From positions 682,001 to 746,000 of the forward strand of contig JAUPSS010000009.1 of assembly GCA_040285825.1 (NCBI GenBank): a stretch of DNA of 64,000 nucleotides, in the 5' to 3' direction. This document shows positions 56,550-64,000 of this stretch, piece by piece. The translations under genes and the position numbers were made by a program. This DNA comes from Eukaryota sp. TZLM1-RC (lineage: Eukaryota; Protista; Metamonada: BaSk clade). Below the pieces are notes generated by a model that saw only the letters and a list, made by a program, of their open reading frames with translations, was not told the DNA's origin and did not search any database. Numbering within the stretch: the first letter of the stretch is position 1; each line of letters opens with the position of its first letter.

Positions 56550-58370
56550 ATGAGTGGACATCACGTTCGTCGTCATTCAAAATCTGGTCCCGAAGAGAAA
56601 ACTGTTGCCTTTGGGAGGTACAAACTTGGTCCTCTACTTGGTGAAGGTACGTTTGGCTCTGTACGTCTCGCGGAACATGCTCTCACTGGACATAAAGTCG
56701 CTGTCAAAGTTCTGAGTAAGCGTAAAATACGTTCTCTACGCATGGATGAGAAAGTGAAACGCGAAATACGCATACTTAAACTGTTCGATCATCCCCACAT
56801 AACCAAACTGTACGAAGTAATTGACGGTTGGGGTGAAATCTACATGATATTAGAATATGTCCCTGGTGGAGAGTTGTTTGACCTAATAACCACAAAAGGT
56901 CCTTTCAGTGAGGCAGATGTTCGTGGTTACTTTCAGCAAATCATCTCCGCAGTAGATTATTGCCATCGTAACCTCATTGTCCACAGGGATCTCAAGCCTG
57001 AAAACATTCTCCTTGACGCCAACCTTAATGTCAAAATAGCCGACTTTGGTCTTTCCAACCTCATGTCCGACGGCAACTTTCTCCTCACCAGCTGTGGTTC
57101 TCCCAACTATGCCGCCCCAGAAGTTATCTCGGGTCATCCCTATGTTGGCCCTTCTGTCGACGTTTGGTCTTGCGGGGTCATTCTCTACGCCATGCTTTTT
57201 GGTCGTTTACCTTTTGATGATTCAAATATACATAAATTATTCACAAAGATAAAATCTGGAACTTTTTACTTTCCAAAAAACGTTGACGTTTCTTCCCATG
57301 TTAAGCAACTCATCCAATCAATGCTAAGAGTCGATCCTCTTCAACGAGCCACGGTGGATGACATTAAGTACCATCAGTGGTTCCAAGCCAGTCTACCCAA
57401 ATACCTTTCGATGCTATTGGTTGATCCACGTTCTCTATGCGTGGTGGATGATGACATTGTGGACGAGATTGAAGTTTTATTTAGCCATGCAGCAAGTCGG
57501 GAGGAGATAAAGAGAGCGTTGAGGAGAGCTGATACGAATGAGATTACGGTGGCATATCATTTGATTAAAGATCAAAGAAGGAAACGTTTCCAATCACCCA
57601 TGATTAGCCAATCAAAAAGCCAAGAGAGTTCTCTTGAAGATATTGAGTTTGGTGTACCGATACCAACTTTTGCCCTTGAAACAAAGGACGAAGATGGGGA
57701 GACTGAAGGTGGTGGTGTAAGTAGTGAGAAGTCTGGGGTTCAATTCTCAGTGGCAGTAGACTTTAATAGAATTATCCAAGAACAGGAACGGAAAACATTG
57801 GATCCTTCACAGTTTGAGCATGATAATGCTTCTAATAGAGATCCTTTGGATATACCACCGACAGAACAGGTAGAAACGGCAACTGAGACGTCATCATCGC
57901 CATCAAAATTGATTGAAGTTGAGAATGATTTTTCAAAAAGTGAGATTGATGATATAAACAAATGTGAGCTGAAAAAGATGCAGGATCGATTATTAAATAA
58001 GAAAAATGAAAAGAAAAAATGGATTGTTGGTTGGAGGTCCAAATTAGAACTTAAAGAGCTTGTTTCTGAGCTATGTAGAGCTTTGAAATCTCTTGACTTC
58101 CAGTGGAATTTTGATCCAAAGTCTTGGTTATTCAAGGTGTGTCCCTTAAATGAATCTTATACAGTTGAACATGAAGCAGATTCAGACTTGGACTCTGAAG
58201 ATGAATTTCATGGTGAGGATAGCTGTGTTGATGATTCTTTAGTTTGTTTTGAAATCCAAATATTTTCTGGGGTTAATAATAACTTTGTTTTGGATTTTCA
58301 AAAAACATTTGGTAGTCCCATGTTGTTTCTGGACCAATGTAGTTCTATTTTGAATGCCATGATTTTGTAG
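56550..58370 (+). CDS. SNF1: AMPK/SNF1 catalytic alpha subunit
   Basis: Kinase domain (GEGTFG, HRDLKPEN, DFGLSN, TSCGSPNYAAPE), UBA-like ITVAYHL and C-terminal domain (KWIVG...LDFQK). Confidence 0.95.
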   Translation: MSGHHVRRHSKSGPEEKTVAFGRYKLGPLLGEGTFGSVRLAEHALTGHKVAVKVLSKRKIRSLRMDEKVKREIRILKLFDHPHITKLYEVIDGWGEIYMILEYVPGGELFDLITTKGPFSEADVRGYFQQIISAVDYCHRNLIVHRDLKPENILLDANLNVKIADFGLSNLMSDGNFLLTSCGSPNYAAPEVISGHPYVGPSVDVWSCGVILYAMLFGRLPFDDSNIHKLFTKIKSGTFYFPKNVDVSSHVKQLIQSMLRVDPLQRATVDDIKYHQWFQASLPKYLSMLLVDPRSLCVVDDDIVDEIEVLFSHAASREEIKRALRRADTNEITVAYHLIKDQRRKRFQSPMISQSKSQESSLEDIEFGVPIPTFALETKDEDGETEGGGVSSEKSGVQFSVAVDFNRIIQEQERKTLDPSQFEHDNASNRDPLDIPPTEQVETATETSSSPSKLIEVENDFSKSEIDDINKCELKKMQDRLLNKKNEKKKWIVGWRSKLELKELVSELCRALKSLDFQWNFDPKSWLFKVCPLNESYTVEHEADSDLDSEDEFHGEDSCVDDSLVCFEIQIFSGVNNNFVLDFQKTFGSPMLFLDQCSSILNAMIL

Positions 58371-58592
58371 ATTTTGTTGGGTTTTTTTGTTTTTGCGGTT
58401 TTTTAACTATTGTGATTTTTCATTCTATTTTCTAATAATGCAGATGAATACAAATATCAAATTGTAAAAATTAAATCTTCAAAAATACTATAAACAATTA
58501 ATAAAACAAAATTAAAACTAAATTAATTACATAATTAAACAATTAATAAAAATAGATTAATTACATATTCTATTTATTACAATTTTAAAACA

Positions 58593-59932
58593 TTATTCTC
58601 CACCTTTAAGCATATTGATTACAGAATGATACGTGCACATAACCATGAAAATTAAGCCAACAACCACCATCAAGAATGCTATAAGTCTAGAAATTGTTCG
58701 TTTGCAACTGGGTAATTCTAAGGAAGTAGCTTTTAAATAAAATATACCTGGCAATATGAACACTATAACTTGTCCAGCAGTGCTTCCAGAAATGCCCAAA
58801 ACTACAGTAATTCTCTCTTCTAATATGGCAACAGAAACAGCACAAACTGTAATAATGGTAGCCAATAAAGCTTGCCTTGGCCAATATGCCTCGGGTTCTC
58901 CCATAAACATATTCTCTATAGATCTACGTAGAGCAAAACATACTAAAGGATAAGAGAATGCTAAAGTAAAAGAAAGACCAGCTCTGGCTATGTCTGCCAA
59001 TAAATCATCATGATAATTATTTAAGATATCTCCGTCTGTTTTGTTAGTAAAAGAGAGATACCCAAACGAAGCAATCACAGCAAATAAAGTGATACAGCAC
59101 GTGACAGAAATAAAAACAACCGCAGCAAATCGTTTTGGGGATCTGTTGTGAAGCTCCTTGTATAAGTTTGGAACATTGTAATGGGCCTGAGATTAATCAG
59201 AATAGAGAGAAAAACACACAGTGAAGGAGACTGCCATCAAGGGAATTGCAAGGAACATTTTAGGAGAAAAGTCCCAATAGACTACAGGTCCGGGGGAGTC
59301 TACCTCATATGTACCAGTAACGTAGCGGTAAACAACCATGCAAACGAGGTAAAGAGCACAGACTAAGGCAGCAGCAGAGGTGTACCTAAGTGCATCCAGT
59401 TTTGGAAGGAGTGACAGAGGGAGAAGAACGAGCGCAGCCGCTAGGATGATGAGATATGTGCGATTAGTGAGGAAATCAGGGGCTGATTCAGGAAGGATTC
59501 TTGGAAGTGAAGATGGAAGAAAATCCCCGATTAAGACGTTACTAGGGTGAGAGTGAGGAAGACAAACTATCCAATACATGTACCGCAAGTGTAAAGGAAG
59601 ACAAAGAGTTCAACAACGGAACCATATCGACGGCCAAGGAGAGACTTTGCTATACCCTTGTAAGAGTATTGACCTGTTTTTGAGCAACAAGAAGATAAGA
59701 AAATGAATGATGAAGAAGCTAGGAGACAAACAACTAGGAGTAGACTGAGGCCTAATCCAAGACCACCATGCATCATAGCAGAAGGGAGACAAAGCAAGCC
59801 TGCACCGATCACGGTGTTTGTCAACTATAGTCAACCATTTTAAGTAAACGATACATTTAAGGAGCTGGAAAGAATAGATGCTCCTTTTGTCTGTTTTTCA
59901 AGAGGAATATTGATGAGTGGATCGTCAAGCAT
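58593..59932 (-). CDS. Amino-acid transporter (SLC38/AVT family), 416 aa; introns 59825-59854, 59542-59567 and 59187-59219
   Basis: Spliced frame SSSLN|LTNTVIGAGLLCLP...GY|NVLIGD...LRYTS...SFT|AHYNVP...FGYLSF...DILNNY...SYPL...GST...FILP. All three introns are GT-AG and restore the frame. Confidence 0.9.
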
Positions 59933-59999
59933 TAGGGACACAACTAAGGAGATTGATATTTTTTGTTTACCTTCAACTCATCTAAATCATTTAGACTAA

Positions 60000-60265
60000 A
60001 TGGCTGATTTTGCTGGTCAACGAACAGCTTCTACTTTCATGTTTGCCTTTATGGCCATGTTTACTTTAACAGCATGCTTCACTGGATATATAACACAATC
60101 TCTTCGTGTTTCTGTCTATGCTCTTCTTGGAGGTCTCGCAGTTACTCTTCTTGTACGTTACATCAGATCAACCACTCATCAAAGGCTGTTGTACCTAATT
60201 GGCCCATGTATAACCGCAAGCCCATTAAATTTCTCTCCAAAAAAGATAAATCAAAGCAAAGATAA
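60000..60265 (+). CDS. SPCS1: Signal peptidase complex subunit 1 (Spc1/SPC12), 77 aa; intron 60153-60184
   Basis: MADFAGQRTA, two TM segments, then VVPNWPMYNRKPIKF once a 32-nt intron is removed. Confidence 0.88.
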
Positions 60266-60282
60266 AAGACTAGTTTATTTGC

Positions 60283-61350
60283 TCAAAATAAGTTTGCCCA
60301 AGGTCCACAACCTACTGAAAAGTTGTCCATTGGTATATATTCTTTTTCACTGTTATTCCCGGATAATAAACTATATGCTTCGTGTGTAGTTAACATTAAC
60401 AGATCAAACTCAGTACCCCAGTCTAATGGTAGACGAGGACATCCAATTATAACAAGGGCATCCACATGAGGAGTGACTGAATCCACAAAACTGGAGGAGA
60501 TGTCACGTACAGAGAACTCGATCACTTCTACATGGGATTGTCTCTTTGCCAGTTGAGAGAGACGTCTACAAACTCCATCAGATCCTTGACGACCAAGGGT
60601 AGAGACAACAAGGCCAAGATTCAATGTTTCCTTTAATATAATTTTGTTAATCGCTTCTTTTCGTTGTGCTTTTAGGGATGCTACGTCAAGTTGTTGCAGA
60701 CTCAAATGATGGGTAAATGGGTCATAACGTAAAATGCTTATATCAGGATTATGCATTGCTAGTGCCTCTAAATGAAACCTTCCATCTCCGATGTATATAA
60801 TGAGAGCATTATCATTTGGTATACGGGGTACAGTACATCCTAGGCATTCTCCATAACTAAGATTTGGAGAAGCTTGCGGGATTGAAACATTGTACCCTTT
60901 TTGTGTTAATACATCACCTACCATTGATGTGAGTGTGGTAAACTGTGTGGTACAAGTAAGAACCACCAATGTCTGATCTGATGGTGACAATGGGTGGTTC
61001 AAAATACTGTCCATAATACGTTCTGGTAAATGACTATCTGTATCTACTTGTACTACAGCTTTGACGTACAAAGCTGGGACACATAATGCATGGGATTGGA
61101 ATAGTTGTGAATGGCCAAAGTGGATAATACCACCAAGTGACATAGATTCAACCAATCGATCATCTATACAACAAGCTCCATAGCAATCATCACCTAAAAT
61201 GCAACAAGTAACATTAAAACTGTCTTCTATGGTCGTAGAAAGATTAAACGCATATACAAGTAATCCTTCAGGAAATTGTAGCCCTACATTGGAAATGTTG
61301 TGTTTTTGGAGAAAGTCACCAATTAGAGGAAGTTGGAAGTCATATCGCAT
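60283..61350 (-). CDS. DPH1: Diphthamide biosynthesis protein 1
   Basis: LQFPEGL, YGACCIDD, HFGHS, GECLGCT, GDGRFHLE, LGRQG and CPRL..DWG. Confidence 0.92.
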   Translation of the reverse strand: MRYDFQLPLIGDFLQKHNISNVGLQFPEGLLVYAFNLSTTIEDSFNVTCCILGDDCYGACCIDDRLVESMSLGGIIHFGHSQLFQSHALCVPALYVKAVVQVDTDSHLPERIMDSILNHPLSPSDQTLVVLTCTTQFTTLTSMVGDVLTQKGYNVSIPQASPNLSYGECLGCTVPRIPNDNALIIYIGDGRFHLEALAMHNPDISILRYDPFTHHLSLQQLDVASLKAQRKEAINKIILKETLNLGLVVSTLGRQGSDGVCRRLSQLAKRQSHVEVIEFSVRDISSSFVDSVTPHVDALVIIGCPRLPLDWGTEFDLLMLTTHEAYSLLSGNNSEKEYIPMDNFSVGCGPWANLF

Positions 61351-61599
61351 CGGTCAACAACAGAAAATGCAAGCCAGTTGAATGAATCTCATGAGTCCAA
61401 CTCAATTCCATTTTTAAATTTAATCTTAGACTTGCTCATTTAGAATTATTTTTCAGAAATACTTAGAACTCAACAATTACTAATTTTTTAAATTGATCAC
61501 TTTGTAAACAATTTAAAACTATGTGACGAAATTAATAACCAAGATTCTCTATACAAAACCCTGATCGGCTCATTTTTTTGAGACGACTTTTTATTTATT

Positions 61600-62290
61600 T
61601 AAACAAAAACAAAAATGTTAAAAACTAAAAATCTATTTCCTCAAACTCCACATCTACCATTGAAAATTTACCTTCAACCTTTTCTTCATAATATCTTCCT
61701 AGTGATAACAACGAGCTAGAAACAAGGCTATGCATTCCCTTAAAAATGGAAAATACAATTCTATTTTGCCAAAAGGTTCGGTCTAATATTCTCCCAGTTC
61801 TATTTTTGAAAATAGTAGAAAAATCATCTAGAAATGATAAAGCGGTTTTACACAAGGTTCCAAATAAAGAAAAAGCAAAAGGACAAAGAAGGTATTGAGT
61901 ATGTGAGTTGGAATTCAGATTATCGATTTTTTCTGTGTACTTGATAATTTTCGCTTCTTCAGCTCTACGTAAAGGTGAATTATAAGATCGTGTCAGTTTT
62001 TCATTTGAGCTGTTTGATACCTCAGTAGATCTGACATCAATAATAATCATTGATCCAACAAGTCCGGGAACTAGCACATCACCATTGCTGTCACCAAAAG
62101 AATTTTTGTCAGATTCATCAACCAGATTTGCAAGCAAAGGTTCTAAAAAAGATTCAATCTGGTAGGACTTAAACATACAATAGAGCTGATCACAAACTGC
62201 TTCATGCACTCTTGATCTAAAAGTAATAAATCGATAACAATTAAATAAATGGGTTGGAGTGACAGACTTTCCACATTTACAAATTAAACC
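61600..62290 (-). mobile_element. CRE-like retrotransposon 3' fragment (CCHC and RLE)
   Basis: CKCG..HLFNC, HEAVCD, GDVLV, AEEAKIIKY, PFAFSLFG and WQNRIVFS. Confidence 0.82.
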
Positions 62291-62359
62291 ATGTTTTTGT
62301 TTTTGGAAAGAAGTTTCATTTCGGTGAAATTTGCGTTGAAAACACTCCAACGACAAGTT

Positions 62360-63090
62360 TTGGAGAAATTGAAAGTCAAGATTTTATTGTTCGACTCAGC
62401 ACGGGTAAACAAGAAAATACTGCTTTTGCCAATTTTTTGATTGGCAGTTTTGCTGAATCAATTCCCCAAATTTATGGCTTATTTTGAAATGACGACCAAT
62501 GGGACAACTGCAAGGAGAATGTGTTGTTATTGTTGGCCTTGTAATTCGTCCAATGATCTGTTTTGTAAATGTGGAGCTAGTTTGACATTATCACATTTAT
62601 TTAATTGCAACAGATTTATTTTTGATCGTTCTACTTTGCATAATGCAGTCACAGATCAAATCCAAGCAATCTGTAATTCCTATCATATTGAATCAATTGC
62701 AGAACAATTGTTATGGTCTCTGAGTATAAATGAAAGCCTAAGAGATTCAGAATATGGAAGACAAAGTGCTGATGTAGTTGTGCCCTCATTTGATGATGTT
62801 TCGAATGTTTTTGATGTCGTAACAGTGGATGCTTGCAAGAGAGATGCCTTGAGAAATGCAAAATTGATGATTCAGAATTGTACGAAAGGAAAAACTATGC
62901 AAATCCTTTAACAGAAGAATGGATGAGCGTTCTGATCATCGTTTGTGGTGAAATCGTATTGTTTTTTTCTATTTTCAAATCAATTCCTAAAATGATTTGG
63001 AAAGCTTTGGTGTCTGTCAGTGCACACTACGAAAACATTGAAAATGTACAATTTGATGGTGTGGAAGCTTGTTTTAAAGATATTGATTTC
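62360..63090 (+). mobile_element. Decayed CRE-like retrotransposon 3' fragment (A2-related)
   Basis: CKCG..HLFNC, HNAVTD, ADVVV, DVVTVD and NRIVFFYF..FKDIDF. Confidence 0.75.
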
Positions 63091-63179
63091 GAGTTTGCTG
63101 ATTTCAAAAAGGAAATGGATATCTGCTAATCTTGATTCTTTTGTTACTTTTCGACCTCAGTGATACACACTGAAGTTCT

Positions 63180-63815
63180 ATGGATATCGATCTCTCAGAA
63201 TTCTGTAACAACAAAGGTAATGAATTAGTAACTCTCTACTCTCGTCCTGACTTCGTCAAGATCAAGGAGAAGCACGGTTCTATTATTTGGTCAAGAGGCA
63301 GCGCAAGCAGTACCATTAAGCAGGTTAAGACCCAAACAATAGTGAACAGATCCGCCGATGCTGTCTTTGAATTCATGAAGGATAGAAAAAACCAAAAACT
63401 GATCGAGAGAAGTGTTACTGAACTGGAAACCCTACGAGAGGAAGAAGTTCCAGCTCACGACAAGGTCAGGGTTGTCAGGACTGTCTATCAATTAAAGTTT
63501 CCATTAAGTGACCGCGAATCTGTTGTTTGTCTCTTTGATGGAAAGGACAAAGTAGAGGGGAAGGATTGTCGGTATTTGGCTGCGGCTTCAGTACCTATCA
63601 AGACTGTTCTTGATCCAAAACATGTTCTTGCAGAGGTTATTGTTTCAGGACATGTGATAGTGCCCATCAATGACAAGATGTGTAAAATCAGTACGATAGC
63701 ACATGTCAACCCTCATGGGAGGATCCCAAAGTTCTTAGTTAATTGGGCAGCTGAGCATAGATTATCTTCTATTACACATCTAAAACAGCTTCTAGAGTCT
63801 AAAATTCCTGAATAG
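63180..63815 (+). CDS. START-domain lipid-binding protein
   Basis: START/SRPBCC pattern: FPLSDRESV, A.SV, VSG.VI.P and HVNPHGRIPKFLVN. Confidence 0.85.
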   Translation: MDIDLSEFCNNKGNELVTLYSRPDFVKIKEKHGSIIWSRGSASSTIKQVKTQTIVNRSADAVFEFMKDRKNQKLIERSVTELETLREEEVPAHDKVRVVRTVYQLKFPLSDRESVVCLFDGKDKVEGKDCRYLAAASVPIKTVLDPKHVLAEVIVSGHVIVPINDKMCKISTIAHVNPHGRIPKFLVNWAAEHRLSSITHLKQLLESKIPE

Positions 63816-64000
63816 TTTTTGTATCTGTATAGTTTTTGGTTGTTTGTAAATAATACGATACCATCAGTTTTTTTGTAGGTTTCAGTAAGAAAATCAACAA
63901 CCAACTTAAATTGTCAATCATCCAAACTCAGCCAAAAAGAATTGACTCGAATTTTTTCCTTCATAAAAGCAACCTAGAGATTATAAAGCAGAAGATGATA

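Noticed and set aside
2675-63904. Many short antisense or overlapping ORFs in the ORF track
   Set aside because: They are shadows of well-supported genes or retroelements on other frames, often with non-ATG starts.
1-64000. Alternative genetic code or stop-codon readthrough
   Set aside because: Conserved genes are intact in the standard code and end in TAA, TAG or TGA. Internal stops occur only in introns and decayed elements.

Overview
This is AT-rich, gene-dense nuclear DNA from a compact eukaryotic genome. It uses the standard code (TAA, TAG and TGA all end conserved genes) and has tiny 26-34 nt spliceosomal introns. A PFL-activating enzyme beside a stand-alone flavodoxin points to an anaerobic protist; a free-living metamonad is plausible but is inference only. 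About 30 host genes are recognisable, including SEC11, ARPC3, CAP, RNase H1, a Sec3-like protein, NAD kinase, two NTF2 paralogues, importin-alpha, adenosine kinase, flavodoxin, PFL-AE, TPI, FNTB, PI31, a BTB protein, PRIM2, a SET protein, an HD protein, AMPK-alpha, an SLC38-like transporter, SPCS1, DPH1 and a START protein, plus tRNA-Gly(GCC). They are interleaved with many CRE-like non-LTR retrotransposon copies (RT plus restriction-like endonuclease). The main observations not visible in the ORF track are: (1) a frameshifted Fanzor1-like RNA-guided nuclease relic at ~613-2050; (2) a tRNA-Lys-headed SINE that shares a covarying 3' stem-loop with a second LINE family and sits in a three-level nested insertion with TSDs; (3) a structured ncRNA candidate upstream of adenosine kinase; (4) a flavodoxin gene with a 5-nt microexon directly upstream of PFL-AE; (5) a copy of the ARPC3/CAP bidirectional promoter at the head of a BLOC1S4-like gene; (6) a probable GT-AT intron; (7) a MITE; and (8) a tandemly amplified promoter. 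All identifications come from motif recognition by eye; no searches were run.
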